DNA from: Escherichia phage vB_EcoS_WFI
Sequence record: NC_073058.1
Direction: 5' to 3' (one strand)
DNA: 45,536 nt
This document shows, in pieces, positions 1 through 8,907 of the stretch (position 1 is the first letter of the stretch; every line of letters begins with the position of its first letter). A program made the position numbers and the translations under genes. Below the pieces are notes generated by a model that did no database searches, was not told where the DNA came from, and worked only from the letters and a program-made list of their open reading frames with translations.

Positions 1-32
1 CAGCAGATAGCGATCAACTTTTTCATACGCAT
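1..32 (-). CDS. 5' end of a leftward ORF running off the window start (MRMKKLIAIC...)
   Basis: ATG at 30-32 on the minus strand, frame open to position 1; no convincing RBS; truncated by the window edge. Confidence 0.2.
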   Translation of the reverse strand, partial: MRMKKLIAIC

Positions 33-103
33 GATTAATATTGGTTGCATTCAGCCTGGCACCCTGCTAGATTGGTTGCACACCAACGAGAGGACCAAAC
101 AAA

Positions 104-274
104 ATGAAATTTCCAGTAACCATCAAAGACGGTAAATCAACTATCACCTTCACCAGCAACGACCAGGGCACCTATGAAAGCGGGGCGACTTGCATGTCTA
201 CCCTGGACGATGTGATGATTCGTGTTAATTCCGGTAAAGCCTCGATTGTTGACGACAACACTAAGAAGGACTGA
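104..274 (+). CDS. small hypothetical protein (56 aa)
   Basis: ATG at 104 preceded by GAGAGGA; stop TGA 272-274; lies 4 nt before the next ORF; two ATTGGTTGC motifs upstream. Confidence 0.45.
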   Translation: MKFPVTIKDGKSTITFTSNDQGTYESGATCMSTLDDVMIRVNSGKASIVDDNTKKD

Positions 275-277
275 ACA

Positions 278-583
278 ATGAGAGCATTAATCTGGAAATA
301 CTCACGGGCCATAGCGAAGCTGGACGAAGCGAAAAACACAAACGGCAACGTAGACTATGCGCGCCAGTTTGCGGCACGGGCACACCAACACATCATGAGT
401 GCGCTCGACGATATGGACGCCAGCATGGATGACCTGGGTCCGCTGCGTAAGGCTATCCATGAATACGCGCTGGCATTCTCCCGTGAGCGCCTGGCCTATC
501 GCTTCGGTATTGGCGATAAGGCAGTGACAAACGTTGCCCGGATTAAAGCCCAGCGTGAGCTATTCGCCCAGCTTGCGAAATAA
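278..583 (+). CDS. hypothetical protein (101 aa)
   Basis: ORF track; tight spacing with flanking genes. Confidence 0.55.
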   Translation: MRALIWKYSRAIAKLDEAKNTNGNVDYARQFAARAHQHIMSALDDMDASMDDLGPLRKAIHEYALAFSRERLAYRFGIGDKAVTNVARIKAQRELFAQLAK

Positions 584-592
584 GAGGCCAAA

Positions 593-862
593 ATGACCCG
601 TAGACGCGCAAAACAGCTTTCGTGGCATATCCCCCTGCATTGCATACGAATATGGGCTAAGAATGCGAATGAGGGCGATTCAGTGTTCTGGTGCTATCGC
701 GACGACGTTAAGCCGTTGACGCAGACTCGCTACTTGCACCAGTTCGCAGCACAACACGATTTCAGGGTGCGGACTTCCTTGCAACCAATGGGGATCCGTA
801 TTACATTACGCCGGAAGCCCGCCGTTGAGCGGGTAGGCAAACACTGGAGACTGAGCAAATGA
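593..862 (+). CDS. hypothetical protein (89 aa), member of a tandem paralog set
   Basis: RBS AAGAGG before ATG 593; C-terminus ERVGKHWRLSK resembles C-terminus of the next gene; ATGA overlap with next gene. Confidence 0.5.
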   Translation: MTRRRAKQLSWHIPLHCIRIWAKNANEGDSVFWCYRDDVKPLTQTRYLHQFAAQHDFRVRTSLQPMGIRITLRRKPAVERVGKHWRLSK

Positions 863-1203
863 TTCGAGTAACCGCACGCCACGAACAATCGGGGGCCACT
901 TACGATGTAATCGACGTTCGCGGCGCGTTCGTCATCTTCGGACGGGGTGACGACCGGCTGGCGCTGCCGATCGGTATGCTGAGCACATACGACTATTTCA
1001 AGCATAACGTCCGGTGTGGCGATGTGCTGCGCGATAAGCGCACCGGTGAGCTATGGACGGTGGCGAGTATTTGGGTGAAAGATAAACGGCAGCACACGTT
1101 ATTGCTCGCCCGCCCGGATTGCAAACAGCAAACTATTAACACTATTGGCCTGGTGGACTACACCCGCGTAGGCCGTAACGCTACCTGGAGACTGAGAAAA
1201 TGA
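859..1203 (+). CDS. hypothetical protein (114 aa), tandem paralog
   Basis: Shares GDVLRD-R-G-LW-V and GL-Y-RVGR motifs with the 1200..1832 product; ATGA start/stop overlaps on both sides. Confidence 0.6.
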   Translation: MIRVTARHEQSGATYDVIDVRGAFVIFGRGDDRLALPIGMLSTYDYFKHNVRCGDVLRDKRTGELWTVASIWVKDKRQHTLLLARPDCKQQTINTIGLVDYTRVGRNATWRLRK

Positions 1204-1832
1204 AATTACTATTCCGCCGTAACTCAGATGGCTATATCCTGAAGCCGATCCAGACCTTATCGAACTGGGTACGCCTCCACCACGTTGCAAGCGATAAAGT
1301 CTGGTGGGCGACTAAGGCAAAGCTGCCGGAGTACTACGAAATCCTCACACACGATATCGAGCGCGGCGATGTGCTGCGGGATATTCGCGACGGGCAATTG
1401 TGGGTCGTGGAATACACCTACCGGCACGGCCTGCGTATGACGTCCCGCAAGGATGGCGTAGCGGGCAACATGGTCAAGGGCATGACGTACTTCGGGCTAA
1501 TCAACTACGAACGAGTGGGCCGCAAGTACAGCAAGCGTGACCGCCAGCCACATGAGCGAGCGAACGCCATAGCTGACGTCGTCAACCGCGTAACGCGTGA
1601 GGTGGCGCAGAAGATGAGCGTTGAGTTCCGCAAATCCCAGCCAGCGTATGCGACCTACGACGCCCGCCAGGTGCAGGCCAGACTTAACAAGGCCACGCAT
1701 GAGATAATTAATCACGTTGATGCCGTGACGAATGCGCAGCGCATGGCCCGCGAATACGGCGTAGGATTCATCCGTGTCGAGCAAGACGGCAGCATGTCCG
1801 CTATAGACCCGCGCTCGGTAATACTGAAATGA
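1200..1832 (+). CDS. hypothetical protein (210 aa), N-terminal domain paralogous to 859..1203
   Basis: Motifs ERGDVLRDIRDGQLWVV and GLINYERVGRK align with the upstream gene; translationally coupled. Confidence 0.6.
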   Translation: MKLLFRRNSDGYILKPIQTLSNWVRLHHVASDKVWWATKAKLPEYYEILTHDIERGDVLRDIRDGQLWVVEYTYRHGLRMTSRKDGVAGNMVKGMTYFGLINYERVGRKYSKRDRQPHERANAIADVVNRVTREVAQKMSVEFRKSQPAYATYDARQVQARLNKATHEIINHVDAVTNAQRMAREYGVGFIRVEQDGSMSAIDPRSVILK

Positions 1833-1953
1833 GCGCGACTATCCGTGATATGCTTATGCATAACCGCTTTGAGATAGGCGGGCGAGTATTCTGCAATTAC
1901 TTCGTGGCGCGTGCTTGGGCGCGCCATATCGGAAAACCAGTAGGGGCAATACG

Positions 1954-2241
1954 ATGCTATACGATTTGATATTTTGGTTTGGTTTGGGGTGTGCGTCACT
2001 CTTTGTTGTGGTGCTGGCGCTGTTGGTATGGCTATTCCTGGTATGGCCCGCGGTGGAAGCAGCCAGCATTACCCGCATGACGTTCAAGATATACAAGCGC
2101 CGCGGCATATCGGAACACCCGACCAGGTTGCGCATGTGGTGGCTTTGGTATCTGGATATGATTGGCGGTCGAAGGTTTGAGGCCATCCGGTCATCCGGGT
2201 GGGAATGGAAAGGCGTCGGCAAGTGGTCCATTTTCGATTAA
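1954..2241 (+). CDS. small membrane protein (95 aa)
   Basis: ATG 1954 with GGGG 8 nt upstream; hydrophobic N-terminal segments (LIFWFGLGCASLFVVVLALLVWLFLVW); sits just before the lysis cassette. Confidence 0.45.
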   Translation: MLYDLIFWFGLGCASLFVVVLALLVWLFLVWPAVEAASITRMTFKIYKRRGISEHPTRLRMWWLWYLDMIGGRRFEAIRSSGWEWKGVGKWSIFD

Positions 2242-2260
2242 ATATGCAGTCGTGATATAG

Positions 2261-2293
2261 TCCCAGTGAGCTAAAACTTACTGGGACTTTTTT
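2261..2293 (+). terminator. stem-loop plus T-run abutting the holin start codon
   Basis: TCCCAGTGAG/CTTACTGGGA stem followed by CTTTTTT, then ATG at 2294. Confidence 0.45.
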
Positions 2294-2584
2294 ATGGATA
2301 AGCTAAACGAGTGGTTATTCGCCCTCGCGTGTCTTGCAGGTGGCTTCGTTGGCGCTCGCATTCACGGTGAGGCAACGAAAGGGCCGCTAAATTTTGTGTT
2401 GTTTATCGTGGTCGGCTTCTTGTGCGCCGTGTTTGGGGCACCAGCTATTGCCGAGTGGTTTAATCTAACCGGACCGAGAACTGTCGCCGGTCTTGGCTTC
2501 GTAACGGCAATCTTCTGGATGCCGGTCGCCGCCAGAATCCGTGAAGCAATTTCCTCGTTCCGTCTGCCGGGGAATGCAAAATGA
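2294..2584 (+). CDS. holin-like membrane protein (96 aa, about 3 TM segments)
   Basis: Three hydrophobic helices; immediately upstream of a second small membrane protein and the endolysin; ATGA overlap. Confidence 0.55.
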   Translation: MDKLNEWLFALACLAGGFVGARIHGEATKGPLNFVLFIVVGFLCAVFGAPAIAEWFNLTGPRTVAGLGFVTAIFWMPVAARIREAISSFRLPGNAK

Positions 2585-2820
2585 TTATCGCCATCCTGTT
2601 ATTAGTGATCGGGGCTTCGTCGCTGTATAACGTATACGCGCCATCCGTCCAGGATGGCATTTGCGGACGGGTGCTCTACCTGCTTACAGCAATGACCTGT
2701 ATTATTGGCCTGATGCAAACGGGGGACGTATCGAATACAGTCTGGTCCGTGCTAATCTGGCTATTCGCATTACGCACACTGCGTAATGCTGTTTTAAATG
2801 GGGTAAAACATGCGATTTAG
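2581..2820 (+). CDS. holin or antiholin-like membrane protein (79 aa, 2 TM segments)
   Basis: Two hydrophobic helices; overlaps the endolysin start. Confidence 0.5.
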   Translation: MIIAILLLVIGASSLYNVYAPSVQDGICGRVLYLLTAMTCIIGLMQTGDVSNTVWSVLIWLFALRTLRNAVLNGVKHAI

Positions 2821-3301
2821 TGACAACGGTCTAAGATTTACGGCAGCGTGGGAGTCGTTCAGCCCAGTGCCGTATTTCGCGACTAAGAAGGAGCAGGCCC
2901 GCGGCTTGTACACCTGGGGCTACGGTCATACTGGCACTAATCCGCCACAGAGCATTACCCGCGCGGAAGCGCTGGAGCTACTCAAGCGTGATGTGGCGTA
3001 TGCCGAGAACTGGGTGAACAAGTACGCACACCCGAGCATCAATCAGGCGCAATTCGACGCGCTGGTGGATCTGGTAATCAATGCCGGTCAAGGTCCGATC
3101 GTACCGGATAACATTGCCAATGACTTCGATGACGCGGTGCGCCTGGGTGATTGGGCCAAAGTCCGTGCTACGCTGCCGCAGTTCCGCAAGCAAGGCGGTG
3201 AAGTGCTCAAGGGCCTGGTACGTCGTGCAATCGGCAGACAGGCGCTATTCGATGGTAAGCAGTGGGACGTTGCCGAGAAAATCGGTCGTAACGCGGCATA
3301 A
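2810..3301 (+). CDS. endolysin, GH24 phage lysozyme-like
   Basis: Motif E...YTWGYGHTG typical of T4/lambda-type lysozymes; 163 aa; follows holin candidates. Confidence 0.75.
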   Translation: MRFSDNGLRFTAAWESFSPVPYFATKKEQARGLYTWGYGHTGTNPPQSITRAEALELLKRDVAYAENWVNKYAHPSINQAQFDALVDLVINAGQGPIVPDNIANDFDDAVRLGDWAKVRATLPQFRKQGGEVLKGLVRRAIGRQALFDGKQWDVAEKIGRNAA

Positions 3302-3317
3302 TAAGAGGAAACACAGT

Positions 3318-3731
3318 ATGTTAAAAAGTATTCTTGATCATAACGCCGACGCGCTCGCCGCGCTGGCTAAAACCGAAGACCCCGGCGCACGCGCTATTAT
3401 TGCGGACACTATCAGCCATGCGGGCGTCTTTGACGCGAAGCTGCCTAGCGTGCCGGAAAGTAAGCCGGTGGCAAGTGCGACCATAACCATCACACCGGAA
3501 TCCGCCGCAGTTGGTGCGAAGGCCACCGCTTCGGTTGAGGTCCAGCCACCCGACGCGACTAACAAGGCAGGGAAGTGGGTGTCGTCGAATCCCGCCTGCG
3601 CGGCAATCGATCAGACTACCGGCGAAATCACAGCCCAAACGGCGGGTAGCGCCCACATCTTTTGGGTGGCCTCCGATGGTAGCGGGGCGATGGCGTCCGC
3701 CATCTTCACCGTAACGGGGGCGGAAGAATAA
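3318..3731 (+). CDS. Ig-like (Big_2-type) domain protein, 137 aa
   Basis: ATG 3318 with RBS AAGAGGAAA; C-terminal half Ala/Thr/Ser/Val-rich, resembling bacterial Ig-like domains; the 3081 start in the ORF track was rejected. Confidence 0.55.
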   Translation: MLKSILDHNADALAALAKTEDPGARAIIADTISHAGVFDAKLPSVPESKPVASATITITPESAAVGAKATASVEVQPPDATNKAGKWVSSNPACAAIDQTTGEITAQTAGSAHIFWVASDGSGAMASAIFTVTGAEE

Positions 3732-3737
3732 AACCAC

Positions 3738-3764
3738 AAGCCCGGTTAATTCCGGGCTTTTTAT
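3738..3764 (+). terminator. rho-independent terminator
   Basis: AAGCCCGGTTAATTCCGGGCTT hairpin followed by TTTT. Confidence 0.6.
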
Positions 3765-3828
3765 TGCTTGACTTGCAACCAACATAAGGGCCATACTGCA
3801 ACCAATCAACGAGAAGGAGTAACACACT

Positions 3829-3909
3829 ATGACACGCAATGATATTTATGTACTGGCAATCTGGTCCGCCGCCGCATTCATCGGTATGGTTATTTGCGAA
3901 TTGCTATAG
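3829..3909 (+). CDS. possible 26-aa hydrophobic peptide
   Basis: Strong RBS GAAGGAG 9 nt upstream of ATG; MTRNDIYVLAIWSAAAFIGMVICELL; not in the ORF track because of size. Confidence 0.3.
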   Translation: MTRNDIYVLAIWSAAAFIGMVICELL

Positions 3910-3970
3910 CCCGCCGCCATAAGGACCGTGGTATATTGTCCCCGGACCCATAATCAGGAAGTAAATTAAT

Positions 3971-5113
3971 ATGCACCCTCAAACTAAAATTACCGACGAG
4001 CAATTGATCGCTGAATTGCAATCTGGCACTACCTCGAAAGATATTGCGAAGAAATACGGCATTGCCCTTCGAAATGTCTATATGCGCAAAGCCCGCCTGT
4101 CGAAGAAAGGCATTGGACACGGCAACGATGCTGTAATCCGCAAGCGCGTTGCCGATGGCTTCGGCGTTAAGCGTGTATCAGCCCTGGTGCGCGGCAATGG
4201 CGAAGAGGTCATGTCCTGGGTCATCACCGAGCAGGACAAGGAGCGCCAACTTGAAGCAATGCGCGCCGTTGTCGAGGGTATGAACAGCGAAATCACACCG
4301 GCAGCACCAGTGAGCGCTCCGCCAGTCCCGATCCAGGCGCTTGACCTGCTTAACCTGTATACCGTGTCGGACTTCCACCTGGGAATGTTGGCATGGGGCG
4401 AGGAGACTGGCGAAGACTGGGATATGGCAATCGCCGAAGACCTTTTCTACCGCTGGTTTGTCGAAGCCTTCGCCCGCGCGCCGGACGCTGGCACTGCCGT
4501 AATCAATATCCTCGGTGATATGGCCCACTTTGACAGCCTCGACGCCGTCACGCCAGCCAGTGGTCACGTACTGGACGCAGATACCCGCTACCAGAAACTG
4601 GTCCGCTACATGATTCGCATGGTGCGCAACGTGGTTGAACTGGCGCTGCAAAAACACCATAAGGTCAAACTGTTAATCGTCCAGGGTAATCATGATGAGT
4701 CCGGTATGATTTGGCTGGCTGAGATGTTCAATACCCTGTACGAGAACGAGCCGCGCGTTGATGTGGACACGTCCCCGGACGTTTACAAAATGGTGCAGCA
4801 CGGTAAAACAACGCTGTTCTTCCACCACGGACACAAAGCACGCTTTGACGCCATCGAACCGGTCATGATTTCTAAATTCAGACAGGCTTTCGGGTCCAGT
4901 GAGTACAGCTACGCGCACGTGGGCCACTTGCACCACCAGAAGATTGTTGAATCCCGCAACATGATTGTTGAACAGCACCGGACCCTTGCCGCGAAAGACG
5001 CATATGCGAGCCGCGGCGGTTGGATGTCTGGTCGTAGTGCTAACGTCATCACCTATAGCGCCAACTACGGCGAAGTAGCGCGCTTAACCATTAGCCCGGA
5101 AATGTTGAAATGA
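3971..5113 (+). CDS. calcineurin-like metallophosphoesterase with N-terminal HTH-like domain
   Basis: Phosphoesterase motif series DFHLG, GDMAHFD, QGNHDE, FHHGHK, HVGHLHH; N-terminal SKDIAKKYGIALRNVYMRKARL resembles an HTH. Confidence 0.6.
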   Translation: MHPQTKITDEQLIAELQSGTTSKDIAKKYGIALRNVYMRKARLSKKGIGHGNDAVIRKRVADGFGVKRVSALVRGNGEEVMSWVITEQDKERQLEAMRAVVEGMNSEITPAAPVSAPPVPIQALDLLNLYTVSDFHLGMLAWGEETGEDWDMAIAEDLFYRWFVEAFARAPDAGTAVINILGDMAHFDSLDAVTPASGHVLDADTRYQKLVRYMIRMVRNVVELALQKHHKVKLLIVQGNHDESGMIWLAEMFNTLYENEPRVDVDTSPDVYKMVQHGKTTLFFHHGHKARFDAIEPVMISKFRQAFGSSEYSYAHVGHLHHQKIVESRNMIVEQHRTLAAKDAYASRGGWMSGRSANVITYSANYGEVARLTISPEMLK

Positions 5114-5322
5114 TTAGACAAGTATTCATGAGCACGCAGGCCACCCGCCTGAAAGAGCTTCGCAAACAGCTTGAAGGCTTGCGCCGATTCGAACGAACGG
5201 CAGCGGCAATAGGCATGTCTATCAGTGAGCGGATCGAGATACTATCGCAGATACGCTACACAGAAGGCGCTATAAGCGAAGTAGAAAGCATGTTGACCAG
5301 ATACTACGGTCGTGCCGTTTAA
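5110..5322 (+). CDS. hypothetical protein (70 aa)
   Basis: ATGA overlap with upstream gene; followed by a terminator. Confidence 0.4.
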   Translation: MIRQVFMSTQATRLKELRKQLEGLRRFERTAAAIGMSISERIEILSQIRYTEGAISEVESMLTRYYGRAV

Positions 5323-5328
5323 CCCTCC

Positions 5329-5356
5329 CAGCCCGCCGATTTGGTGGGCTTTTTTG
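5329..5356 (+). terminator. rho-independent terminator upstream of the terminase genes
   Basis: CCAGCCCGCC-GATTT-GGTGGGCT stem followed by TTTTTT. Confidence 0.45.
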
Positions 5357-5439
5357 TGCCTGTTATAATCCCCCTTAGATGGCTGGGCCGTCTCCTATGT
5401 TGCCGATGGTCGGCGCATATGCATAAAAGGGCTTATATC

Positions 5440-5991
5440 ATGGCAGAAATCAAAGTTAAGGGCCGTCGTGCCAAACTGGACGGACGAGTAGCAGTTACCC
5501 CGCGCCGTAAACCAGGCGAGCAAACAGAACACACCAATCTTGGACCAGAGATCGAATACGGCAAGCGTCGTAAAGGCGGCAAATGCGGACGCCCGACCGA
5601 CTACCGCACCGTGTATTGTGACCAGCTTCGTCGCTATTTCGCCGATGCCGTAGCCTGGCAGATCAACTACTCCGACAAGGGCGCTGCGCAAGTCATCCCT
5701 CGAAACATGATGCCGACTCTCGGTCGATTCGCTGCAAATATTGGTGTAGGCATCGCCTGCCTGTATCGCTGGGCGCGCGCACATGAGGAGTTCGCCGAAG
5801 CGATGGCGGACGCTATGGAGTTGCAGAAAACTTTCCTGATGGAAGCTGGCGGCGTGACCATCGCGGCGGGCTTCGCTACGTTCCTGCTTAAAGCCAACCA
5901 CGGCATTCGTGACGATGCGCCGCTGGATGACGACGAAGATGATAACGGCGACGTCGTTGTGGAACCTACCGGCAAAGGCCAGGGTGAGTAA
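5440..5991 (+). CDS. terminase small subunit (putative)
   Basis: Directly upstream of and overlapping TerL (ATGA at 5991); basic N-terminus, acidic C-terminus; start at 5440 chosen over 5341 or 5419. Confidence 0.55.
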   Translation: MAEIKVKGRRAKLDGRVAVTPRRKPGEQTEHTNLGPEIEYGKRRKGGKCGRPTDYRTVYCDQLRRYFADAVAWQINYSDKGAAQVIPRNMMPTLGRFAANIGVGIACLYRWARAHEEFAEAMADAMELQKTFLMEAGGVTIAAGFATFLLKANHGIRDDAPLDDDEDDNGDVVVEPTGKGQGE

Positions 5992-7376
5992 TGCGTAACT
6001 ATGCGGCAGAACACCGCGCACTTGAACGCGCGATCGCAAAGCGCAACCGACCGCCACGCCCTACGCGCGTTGCGCAGGCCGTCCGCCTGTATCAGCCTGA
6101 TTGCCTTCCGCACCAGGTAGAACTGCTGCGCGACACGAAGACTAAAATCCTCGGCCTTTGCTCCGGCTTCGGTGGCGGAAAGTCGTGGGTAGCGGCGCGT
6201 AAGGTCATCCAGCTTCTCACACTTAACCCCGGTCATGATGGCATCGTTACAGAACCGACTATTCCACTCCTGGTTAAAATCATGTACCCGGAGCTTGAGA
6301 AGGCATTCGACGAGGCTGGATTCCGGTGGAAGTTCAACAAGCAAGACAAGATTTATAGCGTGCTGGTGAAAGGCAAATGGACCCGCGTTATTTGTGAGTC
6401 AATGGAGAACTACACCCGCCTGATCGGGGTTAACGCCGCGTGGATTGTTGCCGATGAGTTCGACACCACTAAGCAAGACGTCGCTATGGCGGCATATCAC
6501 AAATTGCTTGGTCGTCTGCGTGCGGGCCTGGTGCGCCAGTTCGTCATCGTATCCACGCCTGAAGGCTTCCGGGCGATGTACCAGATTTTCGAAGTGGAGA
6601 AGGATAGCCAGAAACGTTTGATCAGGGCGAAGACTACCGATAATCACCACTTACCGGCAGACTTTATCGACACGCTGCGGAGCCAGTACCCGGCAAACCT
6701 GATTGATGCATACCTGAACGGCCTGTTTGTCAACCTTACGTCTGGCGCGGTCTACAAGATGTTTAACCGCGAAGAGAACGCCAGCACCGAGGAAGTGCAA
6801 CCGGATGATACGCTGATTATCGGTATGGACTTTAACGTAACGAAAATGGCGGCGGTTGTGTACGTCAGACGGCAGCACACTACCGAGAACAAGGAGTTCC
6901 GCGACGAGATTCACGCAGTGGATGAATTCGTGGACCTGTTTGATACCCCGGCTATGATTGAGGCGATCGAGGAGCGCTACCCCGATCATTGTGCTGCCGG
7001 TCGGGTCGTCGTTTACCCGGATAGCAGTGGCAAGTCTCGAAAGACTGTTAACGCATCGTCGTCCGATATCGCGCAACTGGAAGACGCTGGCTTCGAGGTG
7101 GAGTATGACAGCGTCAACCCGCCTGTAAAAGACAGATTGATCGCGATGAATACGATGATGTGCAACTCGAAGGGCGTGCGCCAGTATTTTGTCAACATGG
7201 ATAAATGCCCTACACTAGCGAAATGTCTGGAACAGCAGGTTTATGACCTGAAGAAAGGCGAGCCGGATAAAACCGCCGGTGTGGACCACATGAACGATGC
7301 CGCGGGCTATCCAATTGCGCACCTGTTCCCAGTGATTCGTCCTATCGCCGTTGTTCCAACTGTTGACTTCTACTAA
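5991..7376 (+). CDS. terminase large subunit
   Basis: Walker A-like GLCSGFGGGKS and Walker B IVADEFD; 461 aa; position between TerS and portal. Confidence 0.85.
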   Translation: MRNYAAEHRALERAIAKRNRPPRPTRVAQAVRLYQPDCLPHQVELLRDTKTKILGLCSGFGGGKSWVAARKVIQLLTLNPGHDGIVTEPTIPLLVKIMYPELEKAFDEAGFRWKFNKQDKIYSVLVKGKWTRVICESMENYTRLIGVNAAWIVADEFDTTKQDVAMAAYHKLLGRLRAGLVRQFVIVSTPEGFRAMYQIFEVEKDSQKRLIRAKTTDNHHLPADFIDTLRSQYPANLIDAYLNGLFVNLTSGAVYKMFNREENASTEEVQPDDTLIIGMDFNVTKMAAVVYVRRQHTTENKEFRDEIHAVDEFVDLFDTPAMIEAIEERYPDHCAAGRVVVYPDSSGKSRKTVNASSSDIAQLEDAGFEVEYDSVNPPVKDRLIAMNTMMCNSKGVRQYFVNMDKCPTLAKCLEQQVYDLKKGEPDKTAGVDHMNDAAGYPIAHLFPVIRPIAVVPTVDFY

Positions 7377-7386
7377 GGAAACGACC

Positions 7387-8907
7387 ATGACCGTTAACGT
7401 TGACAACCAACACCCACTCTATGCGCGCATCGCGCAAGAGTGGAAAATGATCCGGGATTGCGTAGCAGGGGAGCGCGCCGTGAAGGCGTGCGGCCCCTTA
7501 TACCTGCCACACCCAGCCAGTGGCGACAATACCGACCAGAAAGCACGGGCGCGATATAAGGCGTATAAGCAACGTGCTGTATTCCTGAACGCCACCGCAC
7601 GTACACTTAACGCGCTGTTAGGCGTTGCCTTCGCTAAGCCGGTTAGTGTGGATCTTACCGGGGCGATGGCTGACCTGATTGATGACGTAGACGGCAGCGG
7701 GATGCCCCTGGCGCAACTCCTGCGCGGTGCTATGTCGGAAGTGCTGCAATCGGGCCGCGCTGGCTTTATGGTGGACTACGACCGCCAGGCTAACTTTGAT
7801 GAACTGGGTAACGTAGTGCCGCAGACCGCCGCCGAGATGGCGACACACCGCCCGCTTATCCGCCTGTATACGGCAGAACAGATCATCAACTGGCGGCAGA
7901 CTCACGGCGTCGATACGCTAATCGTGCTGAAGGAAACGGACGAAATCAGCACCGAAGACCCGGACGACTTCGCAAACCACGAAGTAACGATCTGGACCGA
8001 GCTTCGCATGGTTGACGGCAAGGCGCACGCCCGTCGCTGGTTTTACAACGCGGACACGTCCGAGGTGCAAATGGACTTGCCGCGCGGATTCACCCGCACC
8101 GACCTTGTACCGCTGGTGGATGCTGCCGGTCGTGCGCTTACTCAACTGCCATTTTGCTGGTGTGGTGCAGTGGACAACAACGCCACGCCGGACGCCGCGC
8201 CGCTGGCGGATATTGCATCCATCAACATTAAGCACTACAACGCTGAGGCGGACGTCGCCGAGATTGCGCACATCGTGGGCCAGCCTACCCTGGTTGCCAC
8301 GGGCTTGACTCAATCATGGGCCGACAAAAACCTGAAGGGTGGCATCGCTCTCGGTGCGACTAAGGGCGTTATCCTGGGCCAGAACATGGACGCTAAACTG
8401 ATTCAGGCCGAGGAGCGCAACTTGTCTGTTGCACTTTGTGAGCGCCGCGAATTGCAGATGGCTAAACTGGGCGCGGCCCTGGTTGAGAAGGGGACCGCAC
8501 CGAAGACGGCAACCGAAGCGGCCTACGATGCGCAGACTGATAACAGTATCTTGTCGCTCATTGCCGGTAACGTTGAGAAGGCTTTCAACCGTGCGCTGCA
8601 AATCGTCCAGCTATTCACCGGTGACACCGCAGTGCAGCAAGTCACGTTGAACAAGTTCTACACCGAAATCACGGTTGACGCGCAGCTTATGACCGCAATG
8701 ATGTCAGGTGTGCAGACTGGCACGGTCCGACTGGCTGACTTTATCAAGTGGATGATGGCGCAGGGCGTTATCGACGACTCGCAAACCGTCGAGCAGGTGG
8801 AAGACGAATTGCGAAATCAGAATCCATTGCCTCAAATGTCCCCTGATGCGGTAGAATCTACCGAAGAAGACCCGGACAAGGTAACGGACAATGGCGAGAA
8901 CAATTAA
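7387..8907 (+). CDS. portal protein
   Basis: About 506 aa ORF immediately after TerL and before the MuF-like gene; start 7387 with RBS AAGGAAACGACC. Confidence 0.75.
   Translation: MTVNVDNQHPLYARIAQEWKMIRDCVAGERAVKACGPLYLPHPASGDNTDQKARARYKAYKQRAVFLNATARTLNALLGVAFAKPVSVDLTGAMADLIDDVDGSGMPLAQLLRGAMSEVLQSGRAGFMVDYDRQANFDELGNVVPQTAAEMATHRPLIRLYTAEQIINWRQTHGVDTLIVLKETDEISTEDPDDFANHEVTIWTELRMVDGKAHARRWFYNADTSEVQMDLPRGFTRTDLVPLVDAAGRALTQLPFCWCGAVDNNATPDAAPLADIASINIKHYNAEADVAEIAHIVGQPTLVATGLTQSWADKNLKGGIALGATKGVILGQNMDAKLIQAEERNLSVALCERRELQMAKLGAALVEKGTAPKTATEAAYDAQTDNSILSLIAGNVEKAFNRALQIVQLFTGDTAVQQVTLNKFYTEITVDAQLMTAMMSGVQTGTVRLADFIKWMMAQGVIDDSQTVEQVEDELRNQNPLPQMSPDAVESTEEDPDKVTDNGENN

Noticed and set aside
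3081-3731. Long 216-aa version of the Ig-like protein, and similar N-terminal extensions at 7351, 11195, 13836 and 1915
   Set aside because: Extensions overlap the upstream genes in other frames and lack RBS; downstream ATG or GTG starts with Shine-Dalgarno sequences were preferred.
5395-6344. Minus-strand ORFs 5395..6057 and 5667..6344 across the terminase genes
   Set aside because: Antisense to the well-supported TerS/TerL genes; no RBS or conserved motifs.
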